Source: Spirogloea muscicola | Lineage: Eukaryota | DNA length: 64,000 bases | Assembly (NCBI GenBank): GCA_009602725.1 | Contig: WELB01000001.1 | Span: 1 to 64,000 of the forward strand | Direction of reading: 5' to 3' | Part shown: in pieces, positions 52,772 to 64,000 of the stretch | Numbering within the stretch: the stretch's first letter is position 1 | How the letters are laid out: each line of letters starts with the position of its first letter | Notes under the pieces: generated by a model | What the model saw: the letters and a program-made list of their open reading frames with translations, nothing else | Told to the model about the DNA's origin: nothing | Database searches by the model: none | Translations under genes and position numbers: made by a program

Positions 52772-53479
52772 TGCAAGCGGACACTTCTGCATCATCCATC
52801 TTGGTTGCTGAGTGCAGTGCCATGGTGGCGCCATTGAGTGGCGGGTTATTGCCTGTGAAGATAGCCTGCAGGCGTTGTGAACATGCTAAACAAGGCCATT
52901 TTGTTGCCTACTAGCGCTTGCTTTGCTCCGAAGCCAGAGGAGGAAAGGGGCATTTGAACCAGTCTCTCTTCATCACGTTACGATAAAGGTAACAGATCTA
53001 TGATTTGTTGGACCCTTTTCTGGTACTCTGTCTGCCTGCCTGCTAGCACCTCGACCTCCTGGTCCTTTGGAGTGGAGTAATGCAGACTCTGCATACTTTG
53101 TAGTACTGGAGGATGGAGCAACTGTACCTGACCTTGAGCTTGTCAAAAAATTGACAATGTTTTCTAAAATGCCCAGTTTTGCAGATTGTGGACCCAGATG
53201 CTTCAACAAGAGGTGAACGGACACAGGCAGGGTTTACAGACGACCTTGTCCTTTCCTGACCGTTCTCTGGCACATGACCCCAAGATTGTTTGCATGACAG
53301 GTGATTGGCGGACCTCACAGAAACGACTCTGCAGAAACAGTTGGAGGCATTGTTGCAAGCAAGTGCTACTTGCATGTTCCATACACTGCTCGAAGGACTA
53401 CAAGTAGAGTAGCTTGATTTGGGGAGATCTGAGGTAGTCAGGGCCAACCTTCTATGCCACTGTTGGGACTCCTCAAATA

Positions 53480-53545
53480 CCTTGTTCATTCTTTTGTGGG
53501 CTGGCTTTTCACAGCCCTTGTCCTCTTCTGACGAGCTGCTTCTAA
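53480..53545 (+). mobile_element. Isolated retroelement 3'-end remnant
   Basis: cttgttcattcttttgtgggctggcttttcacagcccttgtcctcttctgacgagctgcttct. Confidence 0.65.
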
Positions 53546-55689
53546 AGTGCTCCTCAACTTCAGTAGGACTCCTACGCCAGCTCTTGCCTCCTCCGACACC
53601 CACCATGTAGCCTGTCATCATCACATCGACATTGTATGGAAATCGCTCTGCTTGCGAAGAAGGAAAGGACAGTATCTGTCTCTTTTTTAGCGTCAGATGG
53701 TGGTGGTCCTTCAAAGCTGTCTGAAGTGCTGCAGGCGTTTGTGCTTCATGCATATCCAGTAGTAAGGAGAGCGAGCGCATCAGTAGTCAGTGGCCAATGA
53801 CGTGGATGCTTCCTCCCACTGCTCCATCAGGAGCATAGTCTTGCTTCATTACCGCAAGCATTGATCTTCTGACGTCAAATGCAGTAGCAGCTGTTAAGTA
53901 GCGAGAGCTCATGGCCGGGCCAATTTTGGTAATACAATCCACTGGGCTAGAGCCAGCCGGCTAAGGCAATGTCGTTTATCAGGGATCAGCCCAAAGTACT
54001 GACGCTGGATGGGTGTAATATTTGCAGCCGTACAATGGAGCAGTGGTTCACTCCCAATACGCTGCTTGTAGTGATGCTCGCATGATTGAAGGCTTGACTT
54101 CGCGTACATGGAGGAATGTTGCAATGACTGATTTAAAGGTGGAGAAGTCACTCCTCAATGGCATCCAAAATTATGAGGTGAGACGAGAAGGGCTCTCACG
54201 CCTTTAGTGGGACAACTTTGCAGCTAAAGGTCCAAGAGCCATCTTGTTCCGTGCGGCATGGCGTCTGCATGCCAAGCTTATCAACTCTCTGCCTACAGTA
54301 TTGATGTAGAGCCCAGATGATTGGGAAGGACTTGCTACTTATATTGCTTCCTGAGCAATAGCTGCATCCAAGAGTTCAACAGAAAGAGCACCTTCTCATG
54401 CGCACACAGCAGCCCTTACTCAGCAGCTGAGGAAAGGAAGGCTGGCCGGTCACGATAGACTCACTTAGAATCTCCGCGAGGAGGTGCACAGTGCTGGGTT
54501 GAGGAAGCGTCCAAGCGACTGCCCAGTGGGGCATCAGAGTATAGACAGGAGCGGAATGCTGAGTTACGGGGGGAGGGGCCGGGCTTGCGGGGGCCAACCT
54601 GTCTTGATTTCATGTCAGGCAAGAATGGCCGTTTGTAAGTACATGCACGTTACACACTGCGAGCTGCCGCTGCCGCTGCCACTGCCGGGATCAAGCCGTT
54701 GCTCAGCAATTGGGGGCCGAAGATGGATGTCCCGAGGCGGAGTGGCCAGTCCCCCGGCCAGAGCTCGGTCAGCTTCCTGGTTCATAGCATGCGCCTGAGC
54801 GCGCTCCAGACTCAGATGGGGGGCCGGCGCAACAGCGGACCAATAAATAGCGGCAGCATACAGAGCTGGGCTGGAAGGATAAATAGCGTGTAACAATGAC
54901 AGGGGCCAGAGCGGCCAAGTACGAGGGCAAGCAAATACGCAAAGGTAGGCCGCTATTCTCCCGCCATGCTCAGTAGTGGCGGCGCTCAGCAGGAGGTTCT
55001 CGACGACAAACAGCGGACGGCAGGTTGAGCTCACTGCGGCATTCTCATGCACAGCGTCGCCATAGATAGACATGTTGCTGGCAGCCAAGCCCTTCAGGGG
55101 GGAAGCATTATAGTCCAACGTGCACAATCCAGGCTAGCCATCCTCTCGAGCGGGTGTGTGTAGGCAAGTACCCACGCAGGCTTGCGCGCCTAAAAGAAAC
55201 CCCCCCCAGAAGCATGGCGGCCAGAGCTCACGGGCAGGCATTTGTGTAACTGTGGGCCGATACTTAATCACGCCGACCGGCTTCGCGAGGGCATGGGAGC
55301 CAACAGAGTAAGCAACCGATACCGTTAAGGACTTCATGGCTGGCCTCTCAGAAGCCATAACACTCTCTTTGTGGAATGATACCAGTTTGTTAAGAGCTAA
55401 ACAGAATGGATGGCTGCAGGTCTCCGGCAGTCACACTATTTGATGTCCGGTTCTCGGATTGCGGTGATGAAGCACGGGCGCGTGCCCCGGCGGGAGGGGG
55501 GCAGCAGCACGGGTGCGCTACCGTCCAAGTAACGCCGTCACGCGTGGGAGTGCCCGCCACGTGCAGCGCGCTCGCCGTGAAGTGCGGCGCCTGCTGCGGT
55601 GGCCGGGCTGGCGGGTAGCGCAGCGTGACGCTCGGCTCCCAGGAGCTCCGAACAGAGGGGAGAAGCCCTGCCGCCCCCCGCCCGCATGA

Positions 55690-58600
55690 GCTTGTCCAGC
55701 CCCTATCCTCAATGGGCGAGCCCTTTCTTCATGAGGTACTGCGCCGTCCGAGGCGGCCCACATGTCTCTCTCCTTCTGACGATTAGCGGGCCGAGGGAAG
55801 CGCTAAGAAGCACACAAAGATACAAAGCAGCTACGTATCACTCAGTAACCCCTGCTAAGCATAAGAAAGTGCCCGCCCATAGAGAAGAGGGGCTGGCGAA
55901 GCCAACCCAAAAAGAATGGACAATGTTCAAAGCCAAAGACAGAAGTGCCGAAAAAGGACTACACTACAATGTGCAAGAGGGTGCAGAGGGAGATGCAGAT
56001 GGATGCTCAGTAGCCACGTGTGAGCAACACCAGATCAGAGTAACTCGGAGCAGGAAAAGCGGCACTTTGCCGAGACCCGGAAGCAGCCTCAGGTCAGAGA
56101 CGCTAAGCTCCTGGAAGTGGGTCCCCGGGCGGCTGCGACGAGCTGGCCCCTCCTTTCCTTTTCTTTGAAGAAGGTGCTCGCCTATTGAGAAGAGGGGCTG
56201 GCAAAGCCAACCCAACTTTTCTTTGGGCTGGCCTTTCCCAGCCACCAGTCAATCTGGCCGCGCTTTCTTCTTTTCTGGTCGGGCTGGCATTGATTTCTCC
56301 CTTCTTTCACAGCCCAAATGGCAATGGCTGCGAGAGCTCAGCCCAGAAGGAAGTGGCCTCACCAGTTAAAGGGAAGTAATTGTGAAAGGCCATCCCAAAG
56401 GAAGCTACAAGGTCTGAAAGGGAAGTGCTCACCCATAGGTCTGATAGGGCCGGCTGGCGCAAAAAGCAGGACATTTCTCTAAACGACGTCAGCGAGTGGG
56501 CGCTCAATAACCTCTGGTCAGCAAATGCATATCAGAATAAGTGGAGGGCGGAAAATTGCGTCGCCCTGACGGAATCCGGAGTCAGCAGCCAAGGCGCTAC
56601 CTGCACTTTGCCGTGCACTTGCAGGCACGCTAAGTCAACGGCAAATGATAGATACACCTGTTCCAAACTTAGGCAATGGCTGTCAGAGGCCAGCCTAAAG
56701 AAAAGGCCAAAGGGCCGAAAGGAAGTAGGAGAGAGTAAGCTCAATTGAAGGGGGCGTCTACTTGTAGGAGACTGTGTTCTTGACTACTCTGGACCTTGTT
56801 TATTCTTTGTGGGCTCCTTTCACAGAAGAAAGTGCTCTCCCATTGAGGATAGGGGCTGGAAAAGGGGGCTCCTTGCACAGCCTTCGCCCCTTTCGGAAGA
56901 GCTGCTTCTCTTGCGAGGTAGAAACAGCTATCCAAAGCAAGGCGATGGTTGTGAGATGTCAGCGCCGAGAGGAGACAGAAAGGAGAGGCATAAGCTCTTC
57001 CGAAGGGGCGAAGTCTGTGCTCAAAACTAGAGCTTACGAAGTGTTATCTCGCCCGGGAAGCTTTGCGAAAGCGCTTCATGGCCCCTCCGGTTCTTGTCAG
57101 TTCTTTTTGGGCTGGCTGTTCACAGCCGTCGCCCCAATTGGGAGAGCCACTTTCATTGTGAAGGCCAGCCCCAAGAGGATGAACAAGGCATGTAATGGCG
57201 AGCCTTTATGGACGAGTTTTGTCTTTCTACTGATGAGCCTCTCTGCATTTGGGTATCAGAGTCTCCGCGTGTAGGGGTTGGGGCGTTTTGTTCTCGTGCG
57301 TTTTGTGTCCTAACCTTAGCCACTCCTAGAGTCTCCTTACTACAAATGTGCACTGCTCATTCTTCTTTCTGGGCTGGTCTATCACAGCCCTTGCCCCCAT
57401 TGGGAGAGCCACTTCGTATCACAGCCACTGCCCTCTCCTGGAAGCGTCTTTTCTTCTTCTTAGCTGGGGTTACTGAGTGTCTCGTAGCAGCTTTGTTTCT
57501 GTTACTTAGCGCTTCCCCTGGCCCCCTTCTCGTACTCTGTTCATTCTTTTTCGGGCTGGTTGTTCCAGCCCCTATTCTCAATGGGCGAGCACTTTCTTCT
57601 TATACTGGCTTGGCACCCCTTCATGTCATGCTCACTGCGCGCAATCTTCTGCTTCGTTGTGCGTTGAAGCGCACTCTTAGCTGGACTAATTGCGGGTTGG
57701 GGGCCCACTTCTCGGAAGTGAGCTGCGCCTCGCAGCGTGCGTCGTGACCAGCATGTCGGTGCCCGTCGGCGCCGCCGGCCTCATGTGACGGCACATGTCC
57801 CCATCCAGCTCGTGGAATTCTCGCATGCCCCCCTTTGGAGGGCGCCAGCTGTCGCCAAGTTGAGAAAGCTGCGCCAACACAGAAGTGAAGCTCTTCCAAT
57901 GGGCGGGGCTGTGAAAAGCCAGCTCTGGACAAGGTCCAACGGGCCTACAAAGCACTCGTCCTTTTGTCAGCTTCCTGGGCTTGCCTTTCACAGCCAGTAT
58001 CCCTTCTTCTATCACAGGCTTATTCTGTCGGCTGCTGCTTATGCCGACTTGCAGCTACTAAATAGGGCGTTACTAATGAGCTGCCATCCAGATTAAGCAC
58101 AGCATTGCTAAATGCTGCGCGCTTGTGTTGGAGCTTCCCCTTTGACCTGGTCCAATCTTGTTGGGCTGACCTTTTACAGCTACTGCCTCCTTCGCAGTAG
58201 CTTCTCTCTCTGCGAAGAGGATGAGGTGGCTGTCAAGGGTCAGACAATGAGAAGGGACGAGTACCGAAATTTGAAGTGGGAATGAGTGGCAGATGGCGAA
58301 TGCTGGCAGCATCTGCATGCCAGCTGTGAGTTGAGCAGGCCGAGATGATGAGCGAGCTCTGAAGGCGTTACGCGAGGACGCCGTGTGCCATCGCCGTGAC
58401 GCCGGACATGTGACGAGACTGGCGCCGAGAAGAAAGTGCTCGCCCATTGAGAATAGGGGCTGGAACAACCAGCCCGAAATGGAATGAGAGGGGCTTGGCC
58501 GTTGATAGCGCGGTAGCCTCGCTTGGCCGGCCCGCTTGGCCGCCACGCTGCGCGCCCAGGCGGTCGCGTGCAACCGCGTGGGCTGCCACTGTCAGCTCTT

Positions 58601-61345
58601 TAGGCATTGGAGATTTTTATTTCCGGAAGGGGCCTGGAAATGGCTTGTATAATTTGTGAGACCTGTGAAGGGGGAGAGTCTCATCTAGTATTGGGTATGG
58701 CTATGGTTAGCCAGCCCAGGAAAAAGAATGACAAAGTTCGAAGGGGGCAGAAAAGTGCTACAGCACACAGCGAATCAAGTGGCTACTGGGTGCTGTAGAG
58801 CAGCCGCAGGTCAGAAGAAAGTGCTCGCCCATTGAGAATAGGGGCTGGAACAACCAGCTCGAAATGGAATGAACAGAGTACGAGAAGGGGGCCAGGGGAA
58901 GCGCTAAGAAACAGAAACAAAGCAGCTACGAGACACTCAGTAACCCCTGCTGAGCAGCCGCAGATCAGAGATGCTGGAGAAGAGTCAGAAGAAGAAAGTG
59001 CTCGCCCATTAAGAAAAGGGGCTGGAACAACCAGCCCGAAAAAGAATGAACAGAGTACGAGAAGGGGGCCAGGGGAAGCGCTAAGAAACAGAAACAAAGC
59101 AGCTACGAGACACTCAGTAACCCCTGCTAAGCAAGCACATTTGTCAATGTGCTTGCCTTTGTACTTGGCCACGCAGGCCCTCCATCTCTTCACACTCTTT
59201 TGTCTTTCTTACTAATCGCTTGTAGGCCCCTCCGAACCTTTGTCAATATTATTTGGGCTGGCTTTTCGCAGCCCTTGCCCCTATTATGGGAGTGCCACTT
59301 CTTTTCTCATGTCTATAGCCAAAGGCAGCAGCCAAAGCCAAAAGCAGCCAAAGCGTGACCACCACGCAGATGCAGCGCAGGTGCCATTTGCTGTAGCGGT
59401 ACTGACAGGCGCATGCGATACACCTGGGCGAGGGAGCCTGCCGGCGGTGGAACGGCCTTCTCCCCGTGGGAGGAGGCGCGCGGTGCGCATGAAATGAGAG
59501 GGTGGGCCTATTGAAGCTAAAACATTGTTCAGGCCTCGGGGAGGCACCTCCGTTTGGGCGAGCTCTAGTAGGTGGCAGAAGGGCTCCGTTCCTGGCATCT
59601 AGTATTCATGCATCGAGTAGTGACATTTATGTTTATCCGTGGTTATTGAGCGGGTCAATCTGCAGTAGGTTATGTAGATTTTTAGATGTGCTTGCCTTTG
59701 TACCTGGCCATTTGGCCCTACATTTCTTTCTAATACACGATCTCTCCGTCTCTGCCTGGCCGCTGGTGTCTGCACCCGGCCCGCGGGCGGCCGCCGCCAT
59801 CGCGTGCGGCCGTGCAGACGACGTGTCGGCGAAGATCGGGGGGCGCCTTTCCCGCAAGCGTGAGGGCACAGCTTGGGGAGGCGTCACCTCGCCCACGGAA
59901 GATGGGGGCCGCTACTTGCCTTTGGACATTCACCAGGAAATGATGCGGCTGCTAATACTAAAGAATCGGCTTTCATCATGAGGCAGGTCGCTGCACGGCA
60001 GGCATGTCCTGTTGGCAAGGTGGGCGGTGGCCGTGGACAAAAAGGAAGATGGATTTAGTAGACGCCAGCTCAAGCTGGACACTGGGTCCGCGAGGACGTG
60101 GTCGCTCGGCCTCGCCGGCCTCCTTTGTCTCTTTATTTGTCGCCACCCACTTGCACAACTGCTTATACATCTGCTTCAGGCTGGCCGTGGAGGAGCTTCC
60201 CTGCGCTTCTCAGTACTGGCTTGCTTTGACCTCCCTTAGCGATGAGGTTGGGCGATGAAGGTGCCAGCATTATGAGAGGACGAGCAGCTCCAAAACACAC
60301 TTGACCTGGACTTTCAATGTGCTCATGCACAGTAGCCACTAGTCTTTTGCTGAGTTGCCGATTTTTCATTTGCGACATCCCCATTTTTTTAGTCTTGCCT
60401 TTCTTAGTCACCACCTTCTCTTTTGCCTGAGCATTGCTTTGTTTGGCTTTCTGAGCCTTAGGGCGCGATGGCTGTGATGGGCTGGCCTTTCGCAGCCGCC
60501 TCTTTCTTATAACAAGCTCAAGGTGACAAGCGAGCGAGGGTCGTGGAAAAAGAGGAAGCTCTTCCAACGGGGGCGAGAGCTGTGAAAAGGCAGCTGCCTT
60601 TTTACAACAGATCTGAACGAGGTCACGAGGAGAGAATTGGCTCTTCCAATGTAAGGCAATGCCTGTGAGACTCCAGCCGAAAGGAATGTACAGAAAGCAA
60701 CTTTGAAAAGCAGGGCGCTGGCAATTATTGCCAGCTCAGGAAATGAATGAACAAAGATATGAAAGAGCCGCAAAACGCCCAATGAGAGAAAAACTCTACC
60801 AGTAGAGGGCGTTGGCGGTGATTGTCCAGTCCAGAGAAAAGAAAGAGAGGCATGTGAGGGAAGCTCCGCCGCTGCCCGCGAGGAGGTTCCGTGGGATGTC
60901 GAAGCGTACTCCCCTCTGACCCTTTCAGACCTTGTGCATTCATACCTTTGGGCTGGCCTCTCACAGCCACCGCCCTCTCCTGGAAGCGTCTTCTCTTCTC
61001 ACAGCCATTGCCGTCAAATTGGAAGAGCTGTTCTTCTTCCCGAGCGGTATGCGGCTGTCAGTCTCTTGCCAGCGTTCCTTGGCTCACGCAGTCCACTTGC
61101 GAGCAGGCCGCGCTATGGCTTCTGCATCTGGGTCTAGGCGGGGAACCTCCTTCCCAACTGCGAGTCTACTCCGACACTTGCTGCTGCTCACCCGTGGCTA
61201 CTAAGCTTCAGTCTGCAGTTGTCTCGTGTCTAGCCGTGTGTGTTCTAGGCGCCTTACGGGTTTTGAAACCTTGTTCAGTCGTTTTTGGGCTGGCCTATCC
61301 CAGCCCTCTACGTTCCAGCCCCTATCCTCAATGGGCGAGCCCTTG
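55690..61345. mobile_element. Dense nest of 5'-truncated retrotransposon 3' ends of mixed subfamilies and orientations
   Basis: Roughly 20 occurrences of the GGGCTG..CAGCC hairpin or terminal motif. Near-identical copies sit at 57459-57600 (+), 58814-58976 (-) and 58988-59133 (-). Coding remnants are PGTHFQELSVSDLRLL (about 56080-56130, -) and [29 protein letters not shown] (61049-61204, +). Confidence 0.8.
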
Positions 61346-61736
61346 CTGTACGTTCAATGGGAGATGCACTTCCTTCCCCGGCGCTGGGCAAGGGGGCCCC
61401 CCGGGCCATCATCCAGCCCGCCATCGTGGGCGCTGGGCGGCAGCCGCGCGGGCACCTGGAGCAGGCACGGGGGGTGCCCCAGGAGCTGGCGGCCGGGCTC
61501 CGTCGCGACGCGGGGGAGGCCCACCAACCCGTGTGGTGGGCCAGGGGGCCAAATTAGGTGAGCCACGCCGCCCCCGCCCCCCTCCCCTGGGGAAGAAGCG
61601 ACACAGACGCGCAGCCCAACTGTCGGGCGCCGGGCTGCAGCCCCGCCCCTCCCCCGCCGCCGCCGCCGCCGCCGGCGCCGCCGGCGGCGGCGGCGGCTAC
61701 CGCGCCGCGGCGCTCAAGCTGCTGCGCCTGCCGGCC

Positions 61737-63604
61737 ATGGCGCAGCCGCAGGCCGAGCAGCACGCCCACCCGCTGTCCCAGCTCTCTGACTCGCCTTACT
61801 CCGCCGCCGCCACCGTCTCCGGCAGCCACTACCAATACCACCACCAGCCTGCCCAGCAGCAGCAGCTGCAGCTGTCGCCGCCACCGCTCCTGCCACCGCC
61901 GCCGCCGCTGCTGCCGCCATCGTCGGCGGCGCTGGCGGCGGCGGACATGGTGCCGCCCGCGGCGTTCGCGCCCCAGCAGCAGCAGCAGCATCTGCGGGAG
62001 GGGGCCAAGCCGTCGTCGAGCCGGTACGAGTCCCAGAAACGGCGCGACTGGAACACGTTTGGGCAGTACCTCAAGAACCACCGCCCGCCGATCGTCATGG
62101 CGCGCTGCGCCGCGCAGCACGTCGTCGAATTCCTGCGCTACCTCGACCAATTCGGGAAGACCAAGGTCCACATCGAGGGCTGCCAGGTGAGCACCCACCT
62201 GCTGCGTCGGCGCGCGGCTGAGCGGCCGTCTCCTCTCGTGGCCACAGCAACTCAGTAACCTGCATGCTGCATGTTGATAGTGAGCATGCAAGTATGGCCA
62301 CATATTGCCACACTGTACGCACTGCTGCACTGTCAGATTTTCTGGAAGTATTGCTGGCCTTGAGCCGTGGAGGCACTGCTGACGCTGAGCGCCAGTTCAT
62401 GTAGTAGGCAGTGTCGGAGCCTGACCTCAGGCATTGCTTTGTCGTTGCTCCGCAGTTCTTTGGGTGCACGGGCGAGAAGCCGTGCACGTGCCCAATGCGC
62501 CAGGCGTGGGGCTCTCTGGACTCGCTCGTGGGACGCCTGCGAGCCGCGTATGAGGAGAATGGCGGCAAGTCGGAGCTCAACCCCTTTGGCGCCCGTCTGG
62601 TGCGCTTGTACCTGCGGGAGATCCGGGAGGGCCAGGCCAAGGCGCGCGGAATCACGTACGAGAAGAAGAAGCGCAAGCGGTCGAGCAATGGCCACGCTGC
62701 ACCCGTTGCAATATCAATGGCAGCAGCGGGGCAGGCCATGAGGGTGGCTGCGCCAGGACAGCAGCCAGGCGGCATGGCGGTGGTGAAAGCGGAGACAGGG
62801 CTGGCCGTGCCCCCGCTGCGGCCCATGGAGGTGGGGATGCTGCCACACCTGAACCAGCCGCCGCCACGGCTGTCCTTCCAGGGCACGCAGCTGATGGGCA
62901 GTGGCAACGGCGGTGATGGCAGCCTAGGCCTCTACTGCAGCGGTCTGGCCGGCCAGGACTCACTGCAAGACAGCCTGCAGCACTCGGGGGTGGCGTCAAG
63001 TGGAGGCGGCATGCAGGATGGTGGGGGCAGCGGAGACTTGTTCAGCTCCTGCTCGGGGAGCTTCGGCAGCAACGGCAGCGGCGGCGCCAGTGGCGGCAGC
63101 TACGGCAACAATCTGCACGAGCTGCAGCTTCGGCCGCAGGGTGGCGTCGTCGATGCACTCAGGGGTGAGGGGGTTAGCCTTGGCATCGGCCTGGACGACG
63201 GCGCATACAACGGCCATCACCACCACGGCCTCCACGGCGGCCACCTGAGCCTTGGCGGCTACGGAAGCGGCAGCAACAGAGGCTACGGGGTTGCCAACGA
63301 CCACATCAGCCTGGGCCTTGGCCACCTGGGTGGCGGCCCTGGCAGCGGGGTCGGCATGCCCAGCCTGGGCCTGGCCCCTCGCGGCGGCCTCGCCCAAGGC
63401 CTGGGCCTGGTCGGCGATGTCCTGGGCGTCGGCAGCACACCAGACCATCAGCACCACCAACAGCTCAGCATGATGTTGCAGCGGTCGCCGGAGGTACAGC
63501 TGCATGGTGGTGACAGTGGCAGTGGCCATGTTGGGAGCCTGCTGGCGGCCAGCGCTGACATGCACAACCCGGCAACCTTCCACGGCAGCTTCCACCTCCA
63601 CTGA
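61737..63604 (+). CDS. ALOG (LSH/G1/TMF) domain transcription factor; exons 61737-62186 and 62456-63604
   Basis: [112 protein letters not shown]. Phase-0 GT-AG intron at 62187-62455. Confidence 0.98.
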
Positions 63605-64000
63605 CCACCATCAGCACCTCCGCAAGTTGCCAGTGGTTGATATGACACTGGCGCTCTTTCCCCATGGGGCTGACGTGCAGCTACACATCCTCAACACACA
63701 CTTGAGTGCAAACCCCGACATAGGAGCAGCTGTGTCTCTACCACGACGTCCTGCCTCCTATATTGATTGTCAGGCACATGACATCATCAAAATGACTGAT
63801 TGCTGCTCTGTCATCTACACTGCTAGGTTTTGCCAAGCACATGGCATGCTATTTGTGCACTTTTTGTGCGCCTAGCCCCTGCCACACGTGCAAGCCACCA
63901 CCCCTCAACGCCCCTTAATTTACCCCCTTCCCTTAAGCCCATCCCTCCTCTGTACGCAGTAATTCTTTGTGCTGCATCCATGCCGGCATTGCCGTGCATG

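Noticed and set aside
52980..55400. Possible decayed transposase or gene (stop-riddled, Cys-containing minus-strand frames)
   Set aside because: I found no motif I can assign with confidence, and the 245-aa ORF runs through an inserted retro remnant. It needs a TBLASTN or HMM search.
57225..57280. CTGATGA as a hammerhead ribozyme core within the repeat nest
   Set aside because: There is no properly placed GAAA or supporting stems.
58814..59133. Direct repeats with hairpins resembling a CRISPR array or attC-type array
   Set aside because: The units are about 150 bp, have no unique spacers and match retrotransposon 3' ends. The context is eukaryotic, with no cas or integrase genes.
60891..61736. 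Long in-frame ORF extension upstream of the ALOG ATG, suggesting a retroelement-ALOG fusion
   Set aside because: It starts at GTG and is in a different frame from the retro peptide. It is most simply an open frame by chance in GC-rich sequence.

Overview
This is GC-rich, intron-dense eukaryotic nuclear DNA from a draft assembly (N gaps at 3123, 11825-12157, 19988-20856, 32964, 37959-37987, 46860). The genes are streptophyte-type (MRL1, CAO, ALOG, plant APC5 and SDN5). A streptophyte alga, Zygnematophyceae-like, is my inference rather than something the sequence proves. About 13 genes can be reconstructed across introns: a SUMO-like domain 3' end, a YccV-domain protein, SmD1, APC5, MRL1 (PPR), a plant-type repeat/coiled-coil protein, a zf-HIT/CCHC multi-zinc-finger protein, CAO, an LEA-like CaaX protein, an NAD(P)-binding SDR, a filamin/CCCH/RS protein, an SDN5-like DEDDh exonuclease and an ALOG transcription factor. 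Eight of them form four head-to-head pairs. The main unexplained structure is a set of intergenic nests (18.5-20 kb, 25.8-26.1 kb, 33.7-34.1 kb, 53.5 kb and especially 55.7-61.3 kb). They consist of very short 3' ends of several diverged subfamilies of a CRE-like (restriction-like endonuclease) non-LTR retrotransposon. The pieces share a GGGCTG(G)-loop-(C)CAGCCC hairpin and a TTC tail, are fused head-to-tail, and often break at the hairpin loop. All family assignments rest on motifs recalled from memory; no database search was run.
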